A DNA stretch of 64,000 nucleotides from positions 128,001 to 192,000 of the IMG/VR virus record IMGVR_UViG_3300009031_000221; one strand, given 5' to 3'. The notes under the pieces were generated by a model. It was not told where the DNA came from. It searched no databases and worked only from the letters and a program-made list of their open reading frames with translations. Numbering within the stretch: position 1 is the stretch's first letter; every line of letters begins with the position of its first letter. This document shows positions 9,098 to 18,900 of this stretch, piece by piece. The DNA is from a virus. Taxonomy: Duplodnaviria; Caudoviricetes. The position numbers and the translations under genes are program-made.

Positions 9098-9109
9098 GCA
9101 TCCAAAACG

Positions 9110-9145
9110 CCAAAGGCCCCGGAAGTTTCCTTCCGGGGCCTTTGG
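9110..9145 (-). terminator. Hairpin (probable terminator) after major capsid gene
   Basis: Perfect 16-bp stem with GAAA loop (- strand), about 40 nt after the MCP stop; short T-run downstream. Confidence 0.75.
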
Positions 9146-9186
9146 GATTATTGCTCAGTTTGTTGAAAACTCAGCGATTACTCGGA

Positions 9187-10062
9187 TTAGCGAGTGATCG
9201 TCAGACGTGCCAAACCACGAGGGTTGAACGCGCCAATACCCAAATTTTCGAATACTGAGAAGCCAATGGTACGTGCCTTGGGATCGTCAGCCGAAAGAAC
9301 CGTCAACTCAGTACGTACCGGAATACGTCCAAAGTGCTCAGGCTCGCAGCAAACGTACACCGTGCCAACAGGAACCAAACGGCTCGTGATGACAGATGCG
9401 CCCCACAGGGTGGCCATCAAGCCCGTCTTCAGCAAGGTTGCCTGAGACTCGATATCCAAGATATCGCGTCCAAACTTCCTCAAGTCCGCATAATCGCGGG
9501 CGTTCATGTAAATACGTGCTACACGCAAGTCATGACGCTCGATCAATGCGAATGCATCAGCGAGAACCGCACCCGAGATGGGGGCGACTACCGGGATGTC
9601 CGGGTTCAACTGCGCCGAGAGGGAGTCGAAGCCCGCCGTGGCGATAGAGTCCAGGATTGCGAACACACGCTCGTCTTCAGCTGCCTGAATCTGAGCACGG
9701 GCCAAGTCCTGGGCACGTTCGATCAAGTCGAACCTACGTTCCTTGATTTGCGTCAAAGGAATTTCGGGATTCGATGCGATCTCGAACAACGGAAAAATGA
9801 CACGCCTTGGCTTCGTGATAGCCAAGATGTTCTGACCTTCTTCACCGACCACGTACGCCGTAACGTCCGGGTCTTTATCGTAAATCGGGAGAGCGCCGTC
9901 AGGAAGCTGCTCTACCAAAAAGGTTTTCCGCCCAACAGCGGCATAATCGCGACGGGTACGCAGGGGCTGCGTCATGCTGGCTGCCAGCTTGACACGACCT
10001 GCAGGCGTCTTGATGTATTCGCCGATGATCTTCTGCTTGATTGCGTTGTTTACAGTACTCAT
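9187..10062 (-). CDS. Major capsid protein (HK97/encapsulin-like fold)
   Basis: 291 aa; position after protease-scaffold-decoration; FEIASNPEI...LIERAQ..A...IQAAED pattern; followed by a strong hairpin. Confidence 0.85.
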   Translation of the reverse strand: MSTVNNAIKQKIIGEYIKTPAGRVKLAASMTQPLRTRRDYAAVGRKTFLVEQLPDGALPIYDKDPDVTAYVVGEEGQNILAITKPRRVIFPLFEIASNPEIPLTQIKERRFDLIERAQDLARAQIQAAEDERVFAILDSIATAGFDSLSAQLNPDIPVVAPISGAVLADAFALIERHDLRVARIYMNARDYADLRKFGRDILDIESQATLLKTGLMATLWGASVITSRLVPVGTVYVCCEPEHFGRIPVRTELTVLSADDPKARTIGFSVFENLGIGAFNPRGLARLTITR

Positions 10063-10073
10063 GATGCTCCTCC

Positions 10074-10778
10074 TTAGATCCGCTGGTCGTAGACCAACTC
10101 GGTCTGGACTGCGTCAGGCGACATCTTGAGGACGCCGATGAGGGTTGAAGTTCCGGCGCCACCACCGCCAACGCCATTGCTGACGTAAGCTTCAGCCGAA
10201 ACCGAAATGACATCCTGTGTCACCATATCGGCATCAGCAGTGTTGTGGACCCACATGGGCGTCAAGTAGCCGTTCAGGGATGCGATGAGCCGGGCTCCCG
10301 CATAGTACCGAATGGCAGTTCCCTGTACCGGGTTACCGACCGTGCCGATGATCTGCGTCTCATACAATGCGTTCCCGTAGGTACCCATGGCAGAAACGTA
10401 GGGGCCAACGCCTGAAGCAACACCGGGGGTGTTCTCGAATGCGTTACCAACAGCGCTATTGATGAAACATCCAAGGGCCTTGAAACCAGCCTTCTCTTCA
10501 AATGACATCAGGGCGAGTTCGGTAGCGGTCACGGGACCACCAACGTAGTTCTCGCCATCACGAGCGCGGGAAAATGCAACAGACCCGGACAGAACGCCCG
10601 ACTTGGTCTGATTGACGCGAGTTGAAATTGTACCTACCGTCGTAATGACCGGCGGGTTGCTCTGGGTAAACGAATCGTCCGTGAGCACGCCGATGCTGTT
10701 GCGGATACCCACATTCAGCAAACGCAATGCGCTTGAGCTCTCCGTCCAACCGCCCGATGCCTGTCCAAGCAGTGGCAT
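10074..10778 (-). CDS. Head decoration/cement protein
   Basis: Between scaffold and MCP; YE...IRYYAGARLIASLNGYLT; ends LVYDQRI. Confidence 0.65.
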   Translation of the reverse strand: MPLLGQASGGWTESSSALRLLNVGIRNSIGVLTDDSFTQSNPPVITTVGTISTRVNQTKSGVLSGSVAFSRARDGENYVGGPVTATELALMSFEEKAGFKALGCFINSAVGNAFENTPGVASGVGPYVSAMGTYGNALYETQIIGTVGNPVQGTAIRYYAGARLIASLNGYLTPMWVHNTADADMVTQDVISVSAEAYVSNGVGGGGAGTSTLIGVLKMSPDAVQTELVYDQRI

Positions 10779-10906
10779 TTGATGCCTCCTATTGGCTGCT
10801 CCCTGTTTACAGGGGGCGGAGGATGTCCTCCGATTAAGCCCCCGCTGTCACCATGACTTTGGGGTTGTCTGGGGTTTTCACCCCGTTCAGTACTAATAGG
10901 GGTCTC

Positions 10907-10922
10907 ATAAGCAAACAACCGA
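10907..10922 (-). promoter_or_regulatory. Putative late promoter for decoration-MCP operon
   Basis: TCGGTT-gtttgc-TTAT. Confidence 0.6.
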
Positions 10923-10942
10923 AACAAAATGCCCAAAAACGA

Positions 10943-10974
10943 ACGACCCGGATAAGTTTCCTTATCCGGGTCGT
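10943..10974 (-). terminator. Hairpin/terminator after scaffold gene
   Basis: 14-bp perfect stem ACGACCCGGATAAG with GAAA loop, followed by TTCGTTTTT on the - strand. Confidence 0.75.
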
Positions 10975-10988
10975 CGTTTAGGTTCACA

Positions 10989-11018
10989 CCTATTTAGGGG
11001 AGTTTACCCCTAAATAGG
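10989..11018 (-). other. Second hairpin immediately after scaffold stop
   Basis: 12-bp perfect stem CCTATTTAGGGG/CCCCTAAATAGG with 6-nt loop. Confidence 0.6.
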
Positions 11019-11021
11019 GCC

Positions 11022-12776
11022 TTAGCCGTTGAAAACCTTGGAGACATCAGGTGCCGATTCCCACAAACGGGAGAGTTCGTCAACTTCACCGCCAGCCGAA
11101 GCCGTACGGGTCAATCCACCCACAGTGCGAACGCCGGTCGAAGCCTTGCGGGGCTGCGGACGCTGCGATGCAAGGCGCATGGCCTTCTTTGCAGCAGGGG
11201 AAGCATCCTCGTCTTCGCCTTCATCCTCATCCTCAGACTTCTTGGCCTTCTTGGATGCAACAGGAGCTTCCTCCTCTTCATCCTCATCCTCAGCCTCATC
11301 TTCCTCGGCGCCATCATCCTCATCCTCGTCCTCAGACTTCTTGGCCTTCTTGGATGCAACAGGAGCTTCCTCCTCTTCATCCTCATCCTCAGCCTTAGCG
11401 GACTTGCCGCCGAAGATCGATGCCAACAGCGCTTCGTCATCGTCGCCGAGAACGTCATCGCTACCGTCCGCGAGGCCCATCGGGTCTCCCGTCATGCCGA
11501 ACATACCGGCATCATCACCGCAAGCCTTCTTGCCTGCAGTAGGAGCATCCTCCTCATCTTCTTCATCCTCGGCCTCTGCCTTCTTCGCCTTCTTTCCGCC
11601 CTTCTTAGCTGCAACGGGAGCTTCCTCCTCATCTTCTTCAGCCTCAGCCTTCTTGGACGCAACAGGAGCTTCCTCTTCAGGTTCCGCCTTCTTGGCCTTG
11701 AGTGCCTTGAGCTTGGCAGCCTTCATGAAGGTAGCTTCCATCTCGGAAAGCATTGCAGCCTCAGCGGGATCAAGTCCAGCTACGGTTGTAACAGCCGCTA
11801 CGACAGGCTCAGGGGACAACGCATCAATAACTTCTTCCGAAGCCAGGATACCATCACGGTCAGTATCCAGGGCAGCGAACAGATCCTGCGATCCAACCCA
11901 CTCCGCCTGCATTACAAATCCGTCATTGTCCGTATCCATCGAAGCGAAGAACTTGCGTGCAGCCTTGCGAGCGGCAGCTTCCTTCTTTTCCTCGGGCTTG
12001 TCTTCGGGCTTGACTTCGGGTTCATCCTCGCCTTCGGCCTTCTTGGCTTCCTTGCGGGCTGCATCCTCATCCTTGGCCTTGGGGGCCAACGTCGGACCCT
12101 TGGGGTCATTCTGGTCAGCCTTCTTGAGGCTTTGTACCTTCTCGGTCAAAGCCGAAAGGGCACCCAGAACCTCGTCCATTTCAGACTTCTTTCCAGCATC
12201 AGGGGCTTCCTCAGCCAACATCATGTCCAGATCGTCATCATCCATATCGCCAAAGTCATTGGCAGGACCACCGAAATCATCAAAGTCGGGTTCGCCAAAA
12301 TCAGCCTGAGGAGCCATTTCCTCAGCCAAGAATCCTCCACCGATACGCTCCAATGTTGCATTGATGCGGGAATCCGACCAATCCATCATATCGAGCGCTT
12401 GATTTTCAACTGTATCGGATGAAGCCTTCTTGCCAAGCATGGCGCGAGCAATGCGAATGCACTTCTGTGCCTTGCGCTCCACGGCTGCACGCAAACTACG
12501 TGCTTCCTTGGGGACGCGGGGCTGCTCCTTGTGGGCAGGGTGATCCTGATCTTCCGTATCGTAGCCAGGAATGGCCGGGGGGTTACCCTGGGCATACGGG
12601 GGCTTCCGAACGTCCTCAGCCCATGCTGAAGGATCGCCTTTCTTGTAGGCCTCATAGGCAGGATCTGCCTGATGGGCGGGGTGGTCTTGATCCTCAGTAC
12701 CGTAACCGGGGATCTGGGGGGCGGCAGACGCCGAACGTCCTGCCGCCCACGTCATGCGATTCCTATTGGTGCTCAT
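11022..12776 (-). CDS. Capsid scaffolding protein (acidic, low complexity, EF-hand pair)
   Basis: Between protease and decoration/MCP; TGATG overlap with the protease stop and AGGAG SD; E/D/K/A-rich; ends WESAPDVSKVFNG. Confidence 0.75.
   Translation of the reverse strand: MSTNRNRMTWAAGRSASAAPQIPGYGTEDQDHPAHQADPAYEAYKKGDPSAWAEDVRKPPYAQGNPPAIPGYDTEDQDHPAHKEQPRVPKEARSLRAAVERKAQKCIRIARAMLGKKASSDTVENQALDMMDWSDSRINATLERIGGGFLAEEMAPQADFGEPDFDDFGGPANDFGDMDDDDLDMMLAEEAPDAGKKSEMDEVLGALSALTEKVQSLKKADQNDPKGPTLAPKAKDEDAARKEAKKAEGEDEPEVKPEDKPEEKKEAAARKAARKFFASMDTDNDGFVMQAEWVGSQDLFAALDTDRDGILASEEVIDALSPEPVVAAVTTVAGLDPAEAAMLSEMEATFMKAAKLKALKAKKAEPEEEAPVASKKAEAEEDEEEAPVAAKKGGKKAKKAEAEDEEDEEDAPTAGKKACGDDAGMFGMTGDPMGLADGSDDVLGDDDEALLASIFGGKSAKAEDEDEEEEAPVASKKAKKSEDEDEDDGAEEDEAEDEDEEEEAPVASKKAKKSEDEDEGEDEDASPAAKKAMRLASQRPQPRKASTGVRTVGGLTRTASAGGEVDELSRLWESAPDVSKVFNG
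11231..11395. repeat. 66-bp perfect direct repeat in scaffold gene
   Basis: 11231..11296 equals 11330..11395 (AEDEDEEEEAPVASKKAKKSE), offset 99 nt. Confidence 0.9.
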
Positions 12777-14299
12777 CACTTTTCTCCTCGCTGTGGCGAC
12801 TGCCTGGTATTTCCAGCCTTTCCCGAAGTACATCCCCGTGAAAGAAGTTTGCCAAGACGAATTAACGTCTTAGCCTCATCCATGTTGGGTTCGCGTCCCA
12901 TTGCCAGGCGGCAGGCATGAATGAAGGAATTAGCAGAACCATACCTATTGGAACCACCGACCTGCAGTGCAGTGCGATAAATTCCAACGGGGACAGTAAT
13001 GCCGATTTGCTGATTGAACACCGCCACGCGGTTGATCAGGTCAGCGTCAGATGATGCAGTACGGACAATATCGTCCAATCCTGCCTGATATGCTTTGCGT
13101 GCCATTGAGGCTTGCTTATTGAGCGTCTCGTTGGTGCTGCTATTTCCAGGGGCTGGCGGGGCCAAATCCTTCTGGAGACGATCCTGCACTCGAGTAATAA
13201 GATGGTTGTAAACCGCGTCCTCTACATCCTTGAATGGAGTGGGCGGCGCTACAGGTGCTGCCGGGGCTACTGGAGCCGGGGCCTCAGGGGCTCCGTCCTC
13301 ATCTTCCCATCCAGCAAAGAAATCATCGGATGCATCCACATTGATTCTGCCCGTACGTGCCGGGGGTCCAACACGGGATACTATCACCGCATCAACAGGG
13401 GTAGATGCCGCCTTGAGGCGATCATCCTTCGTCCACTGAGGAGGAGGAGTTGACAAAACCTTCTTAGCCTTCTTCGCAGTCTCAGGGCTAAACTCTAGAA
13501 CGTTCCGAAGCACTGCCCCAGTAAATGCAGGCGTGCCAACCCAGGATGCTTCAATAAACTGTACGCCGCCTGTTGGTCCTAATGACTCATGGCCACACAG
13601 TTCCGCAATACGATGCTTGTTGCCATTCTCGTCAAAGAACGTGTTACCCTTGGCATATTTGATGTGAGGGCACATCTCCGTTTCATCAGCAGCCCAATGT
13701 CCACACTTGGTGCAAATAGTCCCGTCAACAGTGCAGCCCATTGATAGGGTGCCCATTTTTCCGGACTCAATAGCCTTGACCAAATCTTCATGCTTGCGAT
13801 CCGTGGCAATCAGGATATCCACATAGATGGAATCCCCAATGTCACGTGCCACGGCATCAATGATTCTGCCCTTGGACAATTCTTCTACTTGGACGTGTTC
13901 AACGAAATTATGCCCGCCAACGAATGTTTGGTAGGAAGACATCAATACAGGGCGATTCCAACAATCCATGTTGTTATTGATGAATTGATCACTCGCAGGC
14001 TTAACACGGAAATCGCTAAACTTCCGATTAACCCGGAACCCATCCTCCATTACGGAGCCCGTTTTGATTCCCTGGGGTGAATAGGTATCTACCGACGCAA
14101 TAATTGTGGCATGCGTTAGGAGATAATTATTCGGATTGAATGTCTCACCGAAAAATTCAGATGCCCGATCTACAAGGGATCCGCTTAGATCCCCTTCAAC
14201 CTTGGCGTCTTTGCTTCCAGCTGTCCGGATGTTACTCCATTCAGTTTGGGAAACGTGTGGGCGAACTACCTGAGCACAGGCGTACTTCATGAATGCCAT
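12776..14299 (-). CDS. Prohead (capsid maturation) serine protease with Cys/His-rich insertion
   Basis: HK97-type protease motifs FVEHV, TLSMGC and FIEASWVGTPAF; CTKCGH...CPH...CGH insertion. Confidence 0.75.
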   Translation of the reverse strand: MAFMKYACAQVVRPHVSQTEWSNIRTAGSKDAKVEGDLSGSLVDRASEFFGETFNPNNYLLTHATIIASVDTYSPQGIKTGSVMEDGFRVNRKFSDFRVKPASDQFINNNMDCWNRPVLMSSYQTFVGGHNFVEHVQVEELSKGRIIDAVARDIGDSIYVDILIATDRKHEDLVKAIESGKMGTLSMGCTVDGTICTKCGHWAADETEMCPHIKYAKGNTFFDENGNKHRIAELCGHESLGPTGGVQFIEASWVGTPAFTGAVLRNVLEFSPETAKKAKKVLSTPPPQWTKDDRLKAASTPVDAVIVSRVGPPARTGRINVDASDDFFAGWEDEDGAPEAPAPVAPAAPVAPPTPFKDVEDAVYNHLITRVQDRLQKDLAPPAPGNSSTNETLNKQASMARKAYQAGLDDIVRTASSDADLINRVAVFNQQIGITVPVGIYRTALQVGGSNRYGSANSFIHACRLAMGREPNMDEAKTLIRLGKLLSRGCTSGKAGNTRQSPQRGEK

Positions 14300-14302
14300 G
14301 AT

Positions 14303-14938
14303 TCAGCCCTCCAATCCGATTTCATCGGTCTCAGGTTCCGAGTAATCTGAGTGCCCTATGATGTCACAGGGCTTGATCAAGAACAGGCACTCAGGGCAAG
14401 CTAGAAGCCGAACGTTTGCCCCGCCCTCTCGTTTGTACGAAGCAGGGCGCAGAAAAACAGTCTTGCAACGAGGGCAATTGAAATTGCCGCTATCGACTTC
14501 TTCCTGTGTTGCCTTGTGCTTCCGATCACGGGCTGCCCAGTACATCGCCTGTTTGACGAATGCCTGGGCAACCCGGTCGGAAGAACCTCTTTTAGGAAGC
14601 GGAGCTTGTGGGTAGGGGTCATTAGGCCCGCCATCTACAGGAACCGTTCCCGCACCACCAGGAATATTGTCATGGCCCATATTGGAAGGATTGTAATCGC
14701 CTGCTTGGTTGAAGTACTGCTGTACATCCTCAACAGGAACTCGTTCCGATCCATGGGGCCACTCAACATCAATCATGCCAATTGCGGGATAGACAGCCAT
14801 TACACGGCCGTTCAACCCTTCATTCCCGAGAACAAATGGATATACGATATCGCCAACAGCAAACTCGGAAGCCCGCTGCTGGTAATCGACGTACGCCGCT
14901 ATTTTGTTCCGTGAATTGGTCATGTATAATTGCCTCAA
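14303..14938 (-). CDS. Hypothetical virion-region protein (SH3-like N-term, C-terminal Zn ribbon)
   Basis: FAVGDIVYP...GRV..VYPAIGMIDVEW; CPRC...CPEC. Confidence 0.65.
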   Translation of the reverse strand: MRQLYMTNSRNKIAAYVDYQQRASEFAVGDIVYPFVLGNEGLNGRVMAVYPAIGMIDVEWPHGSERVPVEDVQQYFNQAGDYNPSNMGHDNIPGGAGTVPVDGGPNDPYPQAPLPKRGSSDRVAQAFVKQAMYWAARDRKHKATQEEVDSGNFNCPRCKTVFLRPASYKREGGANVRLLACPECLFLIKPCDIIGHSDYSEPETDEIGLEG

Positions 14939-15844
14939 TTAAGCCAACAGATCAAATCCGTGGGCCTTCTTGCCGCCTTCCTTGGCATCTTCCTTCTTCT
15001 TATCTACGTTCTTCTGGAACTGCGGAGGAACAACACCCTTCTTCGGGGGTTCTGCCTTGGGCTTGTCCTCGCCCTTATCCTCTTCACCCTTATCCTCGCC
15101 CTTGTCATCTTCCTTGCCCTTGAGGAAATCCGGCTTCTCGTCCTCGGACTTCTTTGCCACGATCTTGTTGGCAAGGGCTACCATCGAAGCAACCTTCGTT
15201 ACATCGTTGACATTGGCAAGGTGTGGCAGAATCGTAGCTACAGCCTTCAAGGTGCGATCAGCCTGATCCAAGCTAACGGTTCCCGTCTGCACGCCCATCT
15301 GCACGTCCATGACGCTATGTGCCAACTTGGCGACGGCCATCGGCAGATTGCCCTTGCCGCCCAAGTGTGCTACTGCGTTCTGAAGACGGCCACATGCCGT
15401 TGCAAGACGGGCATCAACTGCCTTCTTGCCAACTGCTGCATACTCGGCCTGCTTACCAACCTGAGGAGTCTGCTCCTCGAGGTTTGTCGTCATGCCAAGG
15501 TCTCCGTCCTGAACACGCTCGCGAAGCTCGCGATGCTCCTGCTGCGTAAATTCTGCCTTCATGTAGGGCTCGTCACTGTCACCCTCCAAAGGTCCGCCAT
15601 CCTCTTCACCGATGGTCTCTGGATCAAAACCTTGCTCTTGGTTCACATCCAATTCGGTAAGTGCCTTGCGATCCAATCCAGCCTGACGCTCTACAGCATC
15701 ACTGATTAGGTCACAACGATAAGCGAAGTCCATTGCGATTCGTTCCGGAACCCCAAGGGTGGTGAACTCTTCCTGCATAAGACTCGCGATACGGTCGAGG
15801 GCTGCCGTGACGGTCCTTGCGCCCTTTTTGGTCATATTTGCCAT
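14939..15844 (-). CDS. Hypothetical virion-region protein
   Basis: AGGAG SD before ATG 15844; late motif upstream; K/E-rich C-terminus. Confidence 0.65.
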   Translation of the reverse strand: MANMTKKGARTVTAALDRIASLMQEEFTTLGVPERIAMDFAYRCDLISDAVERQAGLDRKALTELDVNQEQGFDPETIGEEDGGPLEGDSDEPYMKAEFTQQEHRELRERVQDGDLGMTTNLEEQTPQVGKQAEYAAVGKKAVDARLATACGRLQNAVAHLGGKGNLPMAVAKLAHSVMDVQMGVQTGTVSLDQADRTLKAVATILPHLANVNDVTKVASMVALANKIVAKKSEDEKPDFLKGKEDDKGEDKGEEDKGEDKPKAEPPKKGVVPPQFQKNVDKKKEDAKEGGKKAHGFDLLA

Positions 15845-15919
15845 TTGATTGCTCCTGCGATATTGGCTAGGCCGACACGTCTGGGCGCAACAAGGCCCCA
15901 CGCTCTCTATGCCTGCATT

Positions 15920-15935
15920 ATAAGGACACTATCGA
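15920..15935 (-). promoter_or_regulatory. Putative late promoter
   Basis: TCGATA-gtgtcc-TTAT. Confidence 0.55.
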
Positions 15936-15970
15936 GGGAGATTATGGGGGTTAGCCATTATTTCCCTATT

Positions 15971-18900
15971 TCACCTCTGTTGTCTCATCCAGGTCATTCG
16001 TACTCGACCTTGATATTGTGAGGTTTTACCTGGAGAAGACCCTGAGGAATCTGCACCCCCCATTATCGCCCCCATACTCTCCATAAACTCATCTGGAGTC
16101 ATGTCCTTCATGCGCTCCCGAGTTTCTGGCTTTGCGTGCTCAAGAAAGTCCCTCATCAACTCGGCGGGGGATTTATCCTTGATTTTGTCTTTGTTGGCAG
16201 CGTGGAATTCCTCAATAGCGGATTTGTCTGCCGGGTGTACCTTCGGTATGGCAGGAGGCTCATCATCTTCAGGTGCTTCCTCAGGTTCTGCCTTCACGTA
16301 CTTCTTATCCAGTTCCCCAACATCCCCGGTTTCAATAACACGCCGCATCTGTACTACCGATGGGTCATCATCCGGTGGATCCCAACCTTCTGCTTTCATC
16401 GCTTCCATCTGGGCTTTCAGATATGCTACACGGGCTATTGGCCCCTTTGTATCCTTGCACGCCTGCATAGCGGCAACGTCACTTCCTGAATCCCTTAGGC
16501 ACTTCGTCATCTCATCGGCAGCCTTGATATATTCAGGGGAACTAGATGCCTTGTCATGAACACGGGCGTTCAATGCTTCCATCTCTTTGGGGCTAATCTT
16601 CTTGCGAGCCTTGGCACCGGATTCGGGCTTCGCTTCTTCACCCTTGTCCTCACCCTCTCCCCCTTCCGATATATCAAATCCGGCTTGTAGGGACGCATGA
16701 CTGGTAGTCATATTGTCAACAGCCATGTCGTTGAGGAAATTCTTGAGGACTTCCTTTGCTTCCTTGGACACGTCCCCACTATTGAGTGCCCGAAACATCG
16801 GATCTTCCTTGGCGAACCCGTGTACAACAGCGATGTCCTTATCCTTCATTGAATCAAGGGCTTTCCTAATGCGTTCTCGTGAATCTGGGCTATAAAAGTT
16901 GTCAGGACTGCCCAACAATAAATCGGCTGAACCCTTGTCTATCATAGCCTTGGCTAATGCTACGTACTGCCGGGAAGGGCTAGGCTGTAGGGGTTTCCCA
17001 TCAACCATAATGGGTTTATCCCCATTGGCAATTGCCGCTAGATTCAATCCACTTAGGACACTTTTCAATTCCGAATGTAGAGGGGAACCCGGTTTGGCCT
17101 TGGCTATCTCCGCTACAACATGCTGTGTTGCCGCATCCCGTTCCTTTGAATCTATATCACCACTCATGTATTGCTTGTATGCAGTGGTAGCACGGGCATT
17201 CAACTGATCTGGACTCTTCGGTTCATTATTCGCATCCTGTCCCCCAATGTTCACGGGACCAGAACGAACTACGGGAGGCTTCTTATCTTTGGGGGCCTTT
17301 TCCGCCGGCGTTGCTGGAGGCGTAGCCGCAGGAGGCGTTGGCGCCGCTGGCGCTGCCGCAGGAGGCGTTGGCGCTGCCGCAGGAGGCGTTGGCGCCGCTG
17401 GCGCTGCTGCAGGCGGGGCGGGAACCTCAGGGGCGGGAGTTGCCGCCGGTGCTTCTGTAGATCCTGGCGCCTTCGCAAGATCCCGGATGCCGGAAAGGGA
17501 ATCGTTGCGAAGTTTTTCAGCCGCATCCATCATAGTTTGTGATTCAGCCTTCGCCTTGTCACTCTTAGAGTTTTCCATTGCCTTAGATGCGAGCCGCAAA
17601 TCCGTAGTAGATTTGTTGAAATCCTTTACGGCTTTATCCAATGCGGGCTTATGCTTAGCGAGTTCGGGATCGGACTCATACATAGCATCAAGATCCTTCA
17701 TGATGCCCCGTATATTCTTGCTATTCCCTTCCTCTAAAGCCTTTGCCAAATTGTCAATATGCTCCCCATGCTTCTTAGCAGGATCCTCTGTGGGTGCCTT
17801 CGCACCGCCCTCGCCTTTGTCCTCGCCGGTACCCTCAGCAGTCTCACCCTTGGCATAAGCCTCTGCCTGTTCCTTTTCCTCAAATGTCTCCCGGTCACCA
17901 TCGGGGTTCTTAGCAGCCCAACCTTTATCGGTTTGCCACACTTCCCCAGGTTTATGTTCAGGTTCATCAGTCTTGGGCGTATCAGGGCCTTCTGGACCCT
18001 TTGGACCTTCTGGCCCCTTTGGACCTGTGGGTCCAGGAGGTGCTGGGGGCACTGCAGACCCTTTACTCAACACCCACTGATATGCTACACGCTTGTAATT
18101 CAAAGATAGATCAGGATCATCCTCAGCCCCACCATCAGCTACGGATGGTTTATCCGGGTCTACTCGGTGATTCCGAAGATCCTGACGTGGGGGCTTCGAC
18201 TTTGGGGCGGGACGGATATTGGCATTCGCCGCATCATCCTCCCTCTCCGCATGCGTCTTGGTAGCTACACGTGCCATCCCCGTTGCAGGATCCAGTGATT
18301 CTAAGCACTGATCACATACACCCGTCACAGACAATCGATCCGAATGCAACCACTTAGGGCATCGGCACTGAATCACATTCCCACAGTAATGACATTCCAA
18401 TCGGAAATGGCCAATACCCGACGCATGAATAGCCTTCAGCGTATGCCCTTTACGAATGAATTGAGCCAACAAGGCCCTGTTAATATCAAATGCGGCTTTG
18501 GAGAAACCCTTCTTTTCAAAGGACTCCGATACATTTCCATCCTTGAGGTATTCATCCTCAAGCCCCGGCACAAGATATTGGCTTCGCAACGTGGCAGATT
18601 CGTGTCCTACAGCTTCAGCCGTTTCATCCAATGCCGTCTTAAACTCACCCTTGAGTTTCTTTTCACGTTCCTTCTTATCGGTTGGGAGCTTTCCCCCCTT
18701 GGAACGGACGGCCTTGAGGCGTTCCTGCATTTCCGTATTAGCGTGAAACCCTCGAATGTCCTTGGCGGATATATCGAAAGGCTTCAGGTAAACGTTCACA
18801 TCCTCCGCAGTGATACGGCAATCCTCACCCTCACATAGTGGGGAGTCCTCGCCCTTACCCTTCGTGGCATCCTTCAAGGCTTTGACTAATACTGCGTCTT

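Noticed and set aside
11221-11660. Repeated units in the scaffold gene as a CRISPR-like array
   Set aside because: In-frame coding repeats of acidic peptides, with no constant repeat-spacer structure; no CRISPR array was seen in the window.
11029-12309. Long + strand ORFs (for example 11029..12309, 17247..17858, 45891..47006, 51288..52274)
   Set aside because: Antisense shadows of well-supported - strand genes, with low-complexity translations and no motifs.
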